Shown here in pieces: positions 1 through 12,748 of a stretch of DNA of 62,375 nucleotides; positions within the stretch are counted from its first letter, which is position 1, and every line of letters starts with the position of its first letter. The DNA is taken from positions 24,162,578 to 24,224,952 of the forward strand of contig NC_068993.1 of assembly GCF_001194135.2 (NCBI RefSeq), in the 5' to 3' direction. Source of the DNA: Octopus bimaculoides. Lineage: Eukaryota. A program made the position numbers and the translations under genes. The notes under the pieces were generated by a model, which did no database searches, was not told the origin of the DNA, and was given only the letters and a program-made list of their open reading frames with translations.

Positions 1-213
1 GGGCGGAACTGAACTTTTCGGAGCATGTCCACATGTGGCTAAATATTTGTTACGTTTTTGGTCCCCCGAGATTATAGATAGGACTTGCTTTCTATATTGT
101 GTGTATGTACAAGCTTTTTATCTCTCTATACTTTTTACTTATATTTCTTATATATTTTTAATATTTTTTTACATATTTATAGAGATATAGTTTTATAGGT
201 TTATGGCTCATAT

Positions 214-505
214 ATTTTACACATATTTTTTCTGTGTTCTACCTTCCACCTTGCATTTTTCCTGTGCGTATATAGACGTGTACATAGAACCTTTTGTGCG
301 CGCTTGTGGATGTGTGCTAGTGTGCGGGTACGTGCGTATATTGACATGTGTGTGCGTGCATGCGAGAATGTGCGAATATAGACGTGTTTTACTCTTATTG
401 CTTTTTTGCACTTTTTTACACATTTTTCTGTATTTTGCCCTTAGCCCTTTTTTTTTTCTTGTGCGTGTATACACGTGTGTATGAACCTTTTTTGCGCACG
501 TGTGT
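214..505. repeat. Diverged direct duplication (about 200 bp period) in a purine-pyrimidine-alternating low-complexity tract
   Basis: ttttacacat(at)ttttctgt...tgtgcgt.tat...acgtgt...gaacctttt(t)..gcgc occurs at about 214-310 and again at about 413-505. Confidence 0.5.
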
Positions 506-871
506 GTGTGTGCGCGTGTGTATATGTGCATGTGTTATTGAACGTGCACGCGGGTATGTATATATCTTTTAGCGAATGTGTGGGTGAGCATGTGAGTGTT
601 CCAAGTGAGGGTGGATGAAGATATACATATAGTCGCATGTACGTAAGTGTGCGAGCGCGCATGTGTATGTATGGACTGGTGCGCTTACGCGAATACTGTG
701 GACAATTTACTCCCTTACATTTACTCCCTCCCCTCAGTTAGCGGTTATTCTAATAGATCTTTTGTCTTAACGGTCAATCACACAGTAATTTCCCTTTGTT
801 TAACGGTCATGTTCATAGCAATTTTTTCGATGGCCAGATAACTGAAGAGATGGTGGTGTGAGCTTCCCATT

Positions 872-940
872 TGACATCCGAAACTTGGAGTTTTACCATG
901 GCTACCGAATAATTGTCACATATTATTTACAGATAAATTC
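872..940 (+). repeat. Dispersed repeat, copy 1 (probable non-autonomous DNA-transposon piece)
   Basis: gacatccgaaacttggagttttaccatggctaccgaataattgtcacatattatttacagataaattc closely matches 37737-37805. Confidence 0.7.
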
Positions 941-1619
941 TTCTATTAACATAATATCGAGGAATGTTTCACTTCATTTAAATTTTATTATTTGAATTAT
1001 TTTAATATATACATGCGTTTATTGCTCCTAAGATTACATGAAGGCTACAACGTATCCCGTCCAATCATCTCTTATAAATCACGGGAAACATGATTTCGTT
1101 TATTTGGATGTAATTTATTGACAACTGTAGCTTTTATCTTCTACTAAAAGTTTTATTACTCCCTAGCTCATAAAAGAGCACAAAAAGTAATTGTACAATA
1201 CATAGAGTATCATCCATTAAAATTTCTGACATATATATATACGTCAATAAGAAAATGGAGGAGAATGGGTGGTGTTCATCAACTTGCAGACATTGTATTG
1301 TGTCAATTTACCTGTTTATTTGTTAACTAAGAGGACAATAATAACAATATACAAACACATGTCACATATTATGTCATACCAGTAATTAAAATAGGACATC
1401 TAGTGACCGAAAATGGGACAATGACTTAAAGTTGTTTCAGTCTAAGGGTGACATGCCTCATTTTCTCTATATAACTCTAGTAGGCTGAAATATATATATG
1501 CATGTATGTATATAAATGTATGTAGGCATGAATGTATGCTTATATGCATCTTTATACAGGTTTTCTGTGCGCATATTAGAATATGTGAATATCTGTTCAT
1601 AGACGTATATGTCCATATA

Positions 1620-2100
1620 CCCATCCATCCATTTTCTCCGTGCATTTTCGATAGTGGGGCTCGACGGGGTACTTTCCTCAGGCACCTACACCATAGGAAT
1701 CCGTCAAAAGCCACCGTCATAGCACTGTCTTGATGGATTTCGAAATTTGACCAACTTAGTTTGTGGATATTATCCAACCCTGCCATTCCTGGTTTACCCC
1801 TAGGTTTTCTGTCGGTTAGCTCGACTTGAAGAATCCGTCATGGAATGATTCTTTCTTGTGAAATTCTAATCCTATGACCGTAGTGCTGGAGATGTGACCT
1901 CTCAATGAAGAGAAGTAGTGACTCGATACGGAGGGACTCATTGAGCTCCGAGCTATGCACCCTCTCAAGTAATGATGCGTCAGAGATCCGTCGGAAGAAC
2001 TCCATTTCAGGTGCTTCTATTTGCGATCTTATTTTTTTTCAGTCATACCCCAACATTCATGAGCATAAGTCTGGGTACGCTCGAAAATTGAACTGAAGAT
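1620..2100 (-). mobile_element. RTE-clade LINE, 3' end (Rex3/Expander-like), decayed
   Basis: Minus-strand translation TQTYAHECWGMTEK..APEMEFFRRIS..LRIESLLLFIERSHLQHYGH..KPRGKP matches the RTE ORF C-terminus; ends in a ggatggatgg-type tail. Confidence 0.8.
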
Positions 2101-4918
2101 AGGTAGTTTAGTTTCTTTACCAACCTACTCTCTCGTGAGCAGTGAATGCTTGGTTTTGCATATTATTGTGTTGGACATACCTGCAATAATGTCTTAAGAC
2201 ATTTAAACTTCACTTCACTTAAATTTCTTCTAATATTTAGAGTGCAATGGGAAGATTTTTCTTGAGAGGAAGAATGTATCAGTCTTCAGAACACTAATTC
2301 CAATCCCTGCCTTGCAGCTCACGGTACTGAACCCATTTACTATATATTGGCGATCACCTTCTGACGAACGAAGTGGCAACATATCTACAAATATCAACCG
2401 AGAGATCCTACATCCACCAAAGGAATGAAGATGACGGTATTACATTTTTTATTCAGTGACAATCTTTTCAATAACCAGTGCAATATTCTATCAGACATGA
2501 TGAGTTATACATATTAGAATTATAAAAGCACATACGATACTACTTGACATGCCCATACTCATTTCTTTAGACCAGTGACACTGACAAATGATACTGGCTC
2601 ATATATCAGAATTTTAGCCGATTCAATATAATGAAAGAGGGAAGGAGAAATGTGAGAATGTAATATATTATAAGCAGCATTCTGTCACACTATCGGAAAG
2701 TCACTCAAGTATGAAGACTATAGATATATGTTGTCGCATTCGTTTTTGACGTTGATTAAATTTTAAACAATTTGGCTCACAACTATTGACAGGGTTCCAA
2801 CCTTTAATTATTCGATTAACAGTTACCAGCTCAAGTCTTCTGTGAATATTACATCTCAATCTATTAACGATAATACTACAATTGTGCTGTCTTGTAATAC
2901 AGTAAATAATAACACTTCTGATACTTAATAGCATGTGTAAAACAAGTGCTCCTAACAAGTGCCCTAATAAATAACCAATGTCTTACAACTAAAGTGGTAT
3001 ATAGATATTCAGTTACGATACGAGATACAGTACATTACTAAATAAGTGAAATAGCTTTCAAATTTAAATTCGCATATATACTCATGTACATTCATTTAAG
3101 AATAAAAGAAAAGCAGTTAACACTGCGATAGCTATATTTTGGGGGATATCAAAACGAGGAATATCAGTTACTGAATATTGTAATCAATAATACGTATTGC
3201 ACTCCCATACAACGAAGGTAGGTAGCTATAACCTGTGTTCTATTCAGCAATCAGTTATCCTTAAATGTAAGTTTAATCTAGCTAACAGCTCAACAAATTA
3301 TTCATCCTGTGTTCCCACTGATTCAATAAAATATACTTAAAAATTCGATTAACCAACTTAATCAAGTTGATGTTATAGATAGCATCCTTATTCTTCGCGT
3401 CAATTTTATTATTATCAATGAATCTATATAATTTACTCCACATCACGAAACTTCCCGCTCAAATACTTTCCTTCGTAACTAATCAAACTGTCTATTTAGA
3501 TCAAATAAATATGGCCTTAAACTCCCTCGTAGTATTCATAAAGTTCTCACAAGTTATATCATGTACATTTATTTTAGTTTTTATTTTTGATTTTTAGTTT
3601 AATTTTATCGAGGTCATTTTTCTTTATACCTTTTATCTTCTTATTAGTGTCACCTTTCTTAGGAAATAATAATAGTAAACTGACGTCTTTTTGGTAAATT
3701 TGCTATTCCTAGCTACTTTCATTTACATATTTAATATTTACATATTTAATAAATTAAATTGTTCTTCACCAATTAATAGCTGTGATCCTAGCAGTTTACT
3801 ATTGACTTAATGTGCAGCAATTTGTAACACTATCCTCGTTAGTTATGGAAGCAGTATCAGTATGACTTATGGAATTTGAGTATACTAAGAGAAGCCCACA
3901 ACACTATGGTACTCGTCTTGAAAGAATTTCTTAGAGACGTATTTTGCTAAAAAAAAAAGCTTCGATGTATTTGTAACAGACGGGAAATTATCCAGCATCG
4001 GCGGCGGAAATGCTAGATTACATGCTTTCCTCTATTTGCAGAAAGTACTGCAGTATTGTAGCGCTCTCTTAGTATATGAACGTTAAGGTACACAGATTGC
4101 TATACAGTACTAATACTGCTTCTGTCGCTAATAACGAATTTTTATCAGCACACCAGTTATTTGCGACATCAGTGATTGATTAATCTCTACCTTTCTATAT
4201 ATCAGTAGAGAAGAAATTTTTCTCTGCATGCAGTTGACAGTGGATACTTTTTATCAATGATTTGCAAATACGCAGAAATCCCGAGATCTAACAATTCCAT
4301 TGCCACTGCTGAACACTTTACATCTATTACATATATTCTTTTGCTTTTTCACGAAGATTGCAGCTTTCTTTTAGTAAATCAACGTTATGTAAAATATAAA
4401 GTTTGCCATTCTGCAAGACAATCTGTTTCTAATTTCCCAACTTTAGTGAATTTCTGATAGTGTGACAACCAGCAGTTTATAATATATCTCTATCGTTTGT
4501 CCTTTCCTTATTCATTATATTTAATGCACTAAATTCTGATCTGTGAAATGATATCTTCCGGTATTACTTTTGTAAATAGTCTGTAGAGATGATTAGTAGA
4601 ACTGTCATTTAATATCATATGGGTCACATAATTTTTATATGTATCACCTCACATGTTGATTGATAAAAAAAATTCTACTGATTTTTAATGTATCGCAACT
4701 GATAAAAGAATCTAATTCTGTCTTCTACATTAGTTTAATTTTTTTAATTTTGTACTCTGAGATGAATGTCATCGTCTCATAATCAGTACATTTTCTGAAT
4801 TTAGAGTCTGTATGGAATATTATTAGATTAAATGAACATTTTCTGTTGTTATTCTCCACACAGTCTGACAACTATGATTTCCACGGAGTGCTGACGCATC
4901 TTCCTTCAACCAACCAAG

Positions 4919-4989
<71 letters not shown>

Positions 4990-5037
4990 AACACACACAC
5001 ACACACACACACACATACACACACACACACACACACA
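4919..5037. repeat. (CA)n microsatellite
   Basis: Direct inspection; representative of many (CA)n, (TA)n, (CATA)n, (TAGA)n and (GA)n tracts in the window. Confidence 0.97.
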
Positions 5038-6705
5038 GGGACAAAGAAACGTTCTCCGCCCGACATATATACACATATAGTCTCTCATTGTGTAAGTAGG
5101 TGTTGTCGCACAACTTCAAAATTTCCATTGACACAATACTATCACACCAATGGAAAATCAGTTAGTGCCGTGTTTTTATATATTTCAGTATTTTTCCCTT
5201 GCTTTTCTTCTTTCTCCAACTTTATTTTCTCCTGGTTTTATCGCTTGCGAAGTTAGTTACAATTTTGAGAACATCACTTTGATATATACTGTAATTCTTT
5301 TATGTAGTTGTGAGTTTTAGTTTGGTTTGTTTCTGAAATAGGTATTTTATTGAACTTTATATTGTTGAACTTTGAACTTGTGGGTTTACTCTTTTGCTAC
5401 TGTTTAACCTCTAGATAAACAGGTTATGCTTTACTTTTAATAATCGAATTTCATTAAGGTATGAAAAAAATAAATAAGTCTTGTATTCTTAATTGGTTTA
5501 ACTGTTACATCCTCGCACGACGTAATACTGCACATTGTCGTATTCATGTCATTTGCTAAAAAATTATAACTCGAAAATATATAATCCATAAAAAAAAACA
5601 TAATGTGTGAAAAGTTGAGACGGAGAGACAGAGGTGGCTGAGATAACTGCTGCTAATTCTAAAGGGAAAATAAGATATTAATTCTTGTGGTGACAGATTT
5701 CATAACAGAAAGTCAGAAATAATGACAATCACTGAGAAATATATGAAAGTGCACACTAAAAGATAATTTTATATAGACATAGACCAGGGAATAAAGAAAC
5801 TCCTTAGGAAAAAGATAAAGGTATTTACATATATAAATATTCATAAATCTCAGAATAAATGAAGAGAAGTTGAAAGTTCCCCATCGAGAAATAAAACGAT
5901 GCAAATAGAAATACATTCAAAAAACACCAGAAAATCCAAAGGAACAAATACTAGATTTTGAACAAAAGAACACATTTTATAACTCAAAAGATTACAATCT
6001 ATTTCTTTAGTAAAAACGAATGCATAAACCTCAAAAAACGCTTCACTTGTTAGTATATACCTTGAGCCGGGATGTTTTAAGGCATACGGGGTTCATATAT
6101 TGCTAGGGATGTAATGGTAAAGATATTTTACCTAAGACATACTAACAATTCTGGTGTAGAAATATTTCTCCTGCTAATAAAAACAAATCATTATACCCTT
6201 TAAAGTCACTACAATACCAGATGACCTTTTATGACTAATTCTGCTTTTTCTTGTGTCCTCTTCCAAAACAAAAAGTTACTTCATTCCCAGTCACTTGCTA
6301 TCCCCTTACAATGCACAAATACAAACTGAGAAGTACTAATACACACCCGTAGGTTAGTGCCACTGCACGAACAAGAATATGTGCAAAGATGATCTGATGA
6401 CTGGGTGATAAATGCAGTCAAAAGCGTAAAATAGAGCTCAAATGCACCCTAGTGTTGCATCTCTTGCGGTTTTCCAGAATGATGCAGGCTACCAAGACTT
6501 AACTCATTCGATGCATGCCATTACTAATCTCATCCGAAATGACTCTCCCACAATGAAATGCGTTGCTAAATGACTTTTCCAATTTTTGCCTTTTCACTTG
6601 AGAATTCTGCCAGTTTGCCTTAATGATAATAATAATGATGATGATGGTGATGATGCTGTTAATGACGATGAGGAGGAGGACGACCACGACGAGGGGTGGA
6701 TAAAG

Positions 6706-6890
6706 AGAGGGAGAAAGAGGAGGAGGAGAAAGAGGAGGAGGAGAAATAGGAGGAGGAGAAAGAGGAGGAGGAGAAATAGGAGGAGGAGAAAGAGGAGGAG
6801 GAGAAAGAGGAGGAGGAGAAATAGGAGGAGGAGAAAGAGGAGAAGGAGAAAGAGGAGAAGGAGAAAGAGGAGGAGGAGAAAGAGGAGAAT
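6706..6890. repeat. Polypurine (GAG)n-AAA/AAT compound repeat
   Basis: Repeated aggaggagaaag / aggaggagaaat units; almost pure purine on the + strand. Confidence 0.95.
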
Positions 6891-7258
6891 ACGATAGAGA
6901 ATAAAGAAAAATCGATAGATATTACAGGTTAGCTTGGGAGATTTAGCAGTTGTGGTCGATGAAAAAGTTTGGAGTAGTACCAATAATTTTCGGAACACTG
7001 GGTACAGCGAGTAAAAATCTTGAGGAGTACATGGAACAAATAGGGGCTACAATAAGGGTGGAGCACTTGCACAAAACAGCACTGCTTGGAACTGCTTGAA
7101 TACTCCGGATGGTGCTCGAAAAAAATCGAAAAAGGAGGAGTGTTACCTTAGTTCAATTGTAGGGAACAGCTGACACCGTAGCACATCTCCAGTGTTAGAA
7201 ACTGTGCGAAAGCAATAAAATAATACAAATAAAATAAGGCAATAAAATAATAATAATA
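6885..7258 (+). mobile_element. R4/Dong-like (restriction-like endonuclease) LINE, 3' end with (AAT) tail
   Basis: KIDRYYRLAWEI*QLWSMKKFGVVPIIFGTLG..LHKTALLGTA*ILRMVLE matches the RLE C-terminal signature KY..L..E...LW...VVP...GALG / TALLGTA.ILR.VL; followed by a short UTR and aataataat. Confidence 0.8.
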
Positions 7259-7261
7259 CAA

Positions 7262-10200
7262 AGACTGACATAAAGTGTGGAGCGGGGTTACATGTAATGG
7301 AATGAGATAATAAAAGTATACACGGTATGCATAATACATGACATTAGAAAAAGAGGGAAAAAAGTTTTCCTTAAAAGGTCGTGATTGGATTTCATTCAAT
7401 CAGGAGGGCCTCTAGGAATAATCAAGGAACCCCACCATCCAAGTTCACTCCGAGTACCAACGACGAGAGTTCACTCTAACCTTTTTCTTCTGACTTCACA
7501 GTTGCTATTTTTGCAACTTTCACCCACCTATTGATAAATTTACCGTCGACGAGGTCTTTACCAAAGAGATAAGTTTCTGTGCTTATCTATAACAGTCCTT
7601 ATATATAACAGTCTCCGACCGGAAAGTCCTCCGGAAAAGACTTGTCAGTTCTTCTTCGTCGACGCCTAGGGTCTCCCCGATGACGTCGTCGCGCTTCCCC
7701 GCCACTAATCCTCTGTAAACATCTAAAGTGGAACATCCACCGATCCTGTTGCCCAACTTGCAGAGGACAGTGAGCGCCTGATGATATTGTAAGTGCCATG
7801 CTTCCAGTCTCGACCTATTCTTTACCCAAGACTGAAGCTCCGTTAGGCAGACGAGCTGCAGAAAGGCGTGTCTTACAAACGGAGCCCAAACACGTTCACC
7901 TTATAGAAATCGCTGCAGGTGGTGCATTCTGAGTGAGTGTCTGCGCATTAAAATCCATAGCATGCCTAAGCCCCCCACGCAAAGGAAGTTGGCACCAGAA
8001 AGAAAATAAACAGGATATGATCCGATCCAATCAAACAGTAACTGGGACAATGCACACGGTCAGACGATAAATAATGACAGAATCGACGTAAGCATTCGCC
8101 ACCTCTACCCGACCTTTCAGGGACAATTTTCTCTCTACCGTTTCTGGATAACAGAGGTCACTCTGTTCGTCGTTCCTTCCCAATTCTTATCCACTTGGAG
8201 GTCGGGACCAAACCAGATCCCGAGCAGTTTCACTGGTCCGTCAGTCCAGCGTCCGACAACGCCGTCGACGGCATCATTCTGCCTGTTCATGTGCCCAGTC
8301 GCAATACTATCGACTTGTCGGCATTGATTTTAGCCCCTGCAACCGACTCATATTCTTTTACAATGAAACTGACCGTCTCCACTTCGGAGGCGTCCGACAC
8401 CATGACGTTGACGTCGTCTGAGTATGCAGACTCTGCCTTCCCGAGTCAAATTCGAAAGGGAGGCCTCTTAACTGTTCCATCTCCCGCAGCAGTGGCTCGT
8501 GAGCCAGCACATACAGAAGAGATGAAAATGGGGAGCCTTGACTGGCTGAACGTGCGTTACTAAACGGTTCCGATGGCGATGTACCTTATCGAAAGCTTTC
8601 GACTGATTAAACAGATCAAGGTCCCACCGAATTCACCTTTAGTCCCAGTGCTCTCTACGATATATCGCATAAGGTGGAGGTTGTTGTGGATAGGCATGCT
8701 CGAGATTGCGCACGCTTGTGCCTCCCCGACCAGACTACCAACGACAAGCACCAACCTTTTCGCTAACACCTTGGCCAAAATCTTAAACTCTGTGATTAGC
8801 AGAATTATGGGTCGAAAATTCCCTAACACGTCTCCATTGTTGGCGTCCTTTATCAGCGGTGTTACTACACCCCGGATTATAGCACTACATAGTGTCCTGT
8901 TCTGTTACCAGTTACTGTAGACATCTACCAAGAGGCCGCCAAATAAATCTGGCATGAAAACATAGAATTCGTAGGGCACACCATCCAAACCGGGTGATTT
9001 GCGACTTGTGCAATCGCTCATCGCCTTCTGTATTTCAGAGACTGTAATCGGCTTTTCGCAGAATCTTGCGTCCGTCACCGAGAGCCGTAGTAGGCCGTCT
9101 AGGTACGAAGTAAAGTTCTCTACCGTCGTTAACCCATTACTCTCCCAAAACCCGCACAGTACTGCTGAATAGCTGCACACATCTGGTCAGAACCGAATAG
9201 CACGCGTCCGTCTTGAACGGTCAAATACTTGATCATGGTTCTCTTTCCACGTCCCACCTCTACCGTTTGGGCCCATCAGACGGCTTTAGTGCCTTCGTGT
9301 TTTAGTGCATGAGCCTTAGCTCTGACAACGCACGTTTCGTTTTTCGACTTAAAGAAATGTTCAAAGGCCATTTTTACCTACCGCTAACATGTCAGTCGTG
9401 ATGCCTTTTCTAATAACTCCTTCTAGTTTGTTTACTAGTTCTCCCTCTAACCTATTTCTTTCTATTGCTAAATCTTTGCTAAACACTATAGATTCTACTC
9501 TAATCGCTCCCTTCAGAGCAATCCACCACCGGTTGATGACGATAGCCTCCGTCAACTGTCGCTTAACCAGATCTCTAATCCAATCCTTGTAGTGTTTGCG
9601 AGCCGGTAAGGACGCGTTCAACTTCAGTAACTCAGTCTCTGTCTAGAGGTCCTATTTAAATCGGTTGAGCATATCACAAATTTGGGATCTGTGTAGCTGA
9701 CCAATTTAAATTGTGGATGACCTATGCTATCCCTAACCTCTGAACTAACAAATACTCTATCTAAATACGATCTGCATGACCCGCTATATATCCACACATC
9801 AAGGAAATCCAGTCGGTATCTGTCAGAAAGCTGGAAAGTACTGAGCAGGTTTTCGAGGCTTTTACACCCCCTTCTACCATGTACTAATCCCACACAATCC
9901 TTCTGTGCGTCCAAAATACTATTTCATTCACCCACTAGTACTAAAGTGCGAGACGTTCCCAGCAATGTTTCTAAACGCCTGAACAAATCTGTCTTTCCAG
10001 CCCCTGTTGAGACATAAAACGCCACTAGTCTAAAGGCGCCACCTTCACTTCCGTTCACGTCCAGGACCACCAGCCTACTATGCGGATCCAGGAAGACAGC
10101 CTGTACTTGGGGTTCTAAGGATTTCCGGAGTAGCATTGCTACGCCACCACCCACTCCCGATAGACCACAAGATGAGAATACCTCGTAGTCTTCGAAAATG

Positions 10201-11200
10201 GCTGCTACAGTGTGTTTTCCGGAGATCCTTGTTTCACTAATGGCATCCACGTCCAAATCAAGTGACCTCAGACCATTAAGCAAGTGACCTTGCTTCGAGG
10301 CTGATCCCAGGCCACGCACATTCACACACCCTATTCTCAGCAGAAAATGAGGAGTTTATCTTGGTTTTCGAGAAGCCCAAAAGTTCTGGGCCTCTCTACT
10401 GGCGAAAACGTTTTAAAAGGCCCTTCCAACAACCTTTATCGATAGATTTTTTAAAATCCCCACACTTCCTGGAAATTTTTCAATCATAGTTTTATAAATG
10501 TCTGTCGACGTTTTAATTAATAATCTTTCCTTGGAGGTTTTGAGGATAAAATCCTCATATTCCTTTCCCTCTGTCTCTATGCTGTTTTTATTTTGATTTA
10601 CAAAATCCATCAAGTCACTGTTACACTTGTTCACAACAGTGAAATCGATGGATGGAGTTCGTCTGCAGTCTGATGAATATTCTGTAATCGGCTGTTTTTC
10701 AGTTCCTTTAATTTCATGCTGTTGTTGTTGNNNNNNNNNNNNNNNNNNNNNNNNNNNNNNNNNNNNNNNNNNNNNNNNNNNNNNNNNNNNNNNNNNNNNN
10801 NNNNNNNNNNNNNNNNNNNNNNNNNNNNNNNNNNNNNNNNNNNNNNNNNNNNNNNNNNNNNNNNNNNNNNNNNNNNNNNNNNNNNNNNNNNNNNNNNNNN
10901 NNNNNNNNNNNNNNNNNNNNNNNNNNNNNNNNNNNNNNNNNNNNNNNNNNNNNNNNNNNNNNNNNNNNNNNNNNNNNNNNNNNNTCCTCCTCCTCCTCCT
11001 CCTCCTCCCCTTCCTCCTTCCCCTCCCCTTTGTCACTGTGATCTATTGACCGTTCAGCTCTCCTTCTCCATGTCATTACAGTTGATATTGGTTTGGCAAC
11101 CGCGGTTAGTCTCCTTCTTTGTCTTGGTTTCAGAATGGGTGTGAGAGTGAGAGTGGCAGAAGGTGTAGGAGTCTTGAGCACCTGTATATGATTTAGCACC
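7262..11200 (-). mobile_element. Tx1/L1-clade LINE, near full length but disrupted (ORF1 remnant plus APE-RT ORF2)
   Basis: ORF2 from about 10334: IGCVNVRGL..ISET (APE), SPGLDGVPYEFY, NFRPI.LL.TEFKILAKVLAKRL, D.SKAFDKV, RQGSPFS, YSDD, KLLGIWFG, LSLKGRVEVAN; multiple stops and frameshifts; ORF1-like segments 10413-10730 and 10985-11200 flank an N gap. Confidence 0.9.
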
Positions 11201-11614
11201 TGTTTATGATTAAATATGAAATAGCTTTCATAAAGAACAATGATTCCAAAATATACTTTAGCAGTTATGAAGAATTTTAAAATTTGGGGATAAATAAAAA
11301 GTTGTCATTTTTCAAAGCGGTTACTTTCTTCTTCCGTCCCAAATCTCAACTAAATCGTTCCAAATTTCTTCCCTCGTGTGATGTGCGTCTTTTGTTCCCA
11401 CACGCACCCAAGGCATTTTTGTAGTTCGCTCTCGGGAGCATTTTCCGCCGCCGAGTCTGGACTCCGATGCGACGGTATGTAGGTATATGTCTGTGCCCGT
11501 ATATAGTATGTACGTATATGTCTGTGACCGTGTGTGTGTTTATGTGTTTATATTTGTACTCCACCAATGCTTGACATCTGGTGTTATTTTGCTTACGTTC
11601 ACGTAGCCTAGCGG

Positions 11615-11745
11615 TTCCCAAAGAATAAGTACTGGATTTTTAAAATGGACTGGCGTTGCTTTTTCGACTAAATCTTTCAAGGTCATACCTCAGCTCGACC
11701 GCAGATGAGTGACTGAAACAAGTAAATTTTAAAAGAATAAGAGGT
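11615..11745 (+). mobile_element. SINE 3' remnant (same tail family as 16621-16728)
   Basis: aagaataagtactgg...ttcgactaaa...accgcag..gactgaaacaagtaaa. Confidence 0.6.
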
Positions 11746-11860
11746 AATTAGATTTTTGTGCTACATTCTGAAAGAACCGATGTGTTGTAGGAATATAATA
11801 TGAATAGGTATATATAAGTTAGCTTCAGGGAAGCATAATAACTAAAATTATAATCAAGTA

Positions 11861-12070
11861 TATTGGGTTGGCAAGAAAGCAATTTCGCTTTCGCAAATAG
11901 ATAAAGTTACGATTTGTTTAAATGACTTTTATCAATGTTACGATTTTTTCCTTTAGGTATTTGATAGCCGTTAGTTTTATCTTACTAAAACGAGCATGAT
12001 TCAAGTGTAACGAAACAGCAGAAACCATATTGAAAGCTGAATTGCATAAAAAAAGGTCATACTGTCAATT
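11861..12070 (+). mobile_element. mariner-type TIR and non-autonomous relic
   Basis: TA-flanked tattgggttggcaagaaagcaatttcg resembles the classical mariner TIR ATTGGGTTGGCAAC.AAGTAATTGCG. Confidence 0.5.
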
Positions 12071-12485
12071 TGGTAGGATTACAAAGGTATTGTGTATTTT
12101 GAGCTGCTTCCAAGGAATCAAACGATCGATTCAGATGTTTGCTGGCTTCCGGTATGCGGAGTGAGTTCTCGACTGGTAGCACTTGCATGTGCAAGTTGTT
12201 TGCAAAGTGTATACTGATACCTTCATCTTCTTATGTTTTATATGTTACTGTACATAATGCTTGCCCACTAGTTATGACAGAAATAAATACCCGGATTTTC
12301 TGTTCAAGTGCACTTTTTAAAATACCAGTTGCAAAGCATTAAAGCATGGGCAGTCAGGGGTTCGCATTGAGTGTTGCATAAGGAATACAGACGCAGACAC
12401 ATAAATGCAACACACACAAACATCATGTATGGGTGTATATGTGTGCATGTATGTGTGTGTGTGCGCGCGTGTGTGTGTGTATGTG

Positions 12486-12555
<70 letters not shown>

Positions 12556-12748
12556 AACCATAAAAAGTGAGAAGGTAGGACAGGTGAGTATATATATTTA
12601 ACCACCTGACATCTTTAGGATTATGGCCGTTTCGCAGCCTTCTTCATATAATGATAAATTTAATATATGATAAATTGTTTACATGTACAGATTATTATAG
12701 GTGCTGCACAATATACAATACAATTCTATATTTAAAAATCAATGCATC

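Noticed and set aside
835-902. Hammerhead-like string TAA-CTGAAGA-GATG..CATCC-GAAA-CT-TGG-AG-T-T-TTA
   Set aside because: Stem II is out of register by one base, and the related copy at 37737 lacks the CUGANGA core and instead forms a TCCGA-AAG-TCGGA hairpin; probably coincidental
6586-6998. Arg-rich and Leu-rich ORFs
   Set aside because: Translations of a polypurine repeat
12622-12650. Hammerhead relic ATGAAGA-AGGCTGC-GAAA-CGGCCATA on the minus strand
   Set aside because: C3 lost and stem II too short; at most a dead Penelope trace
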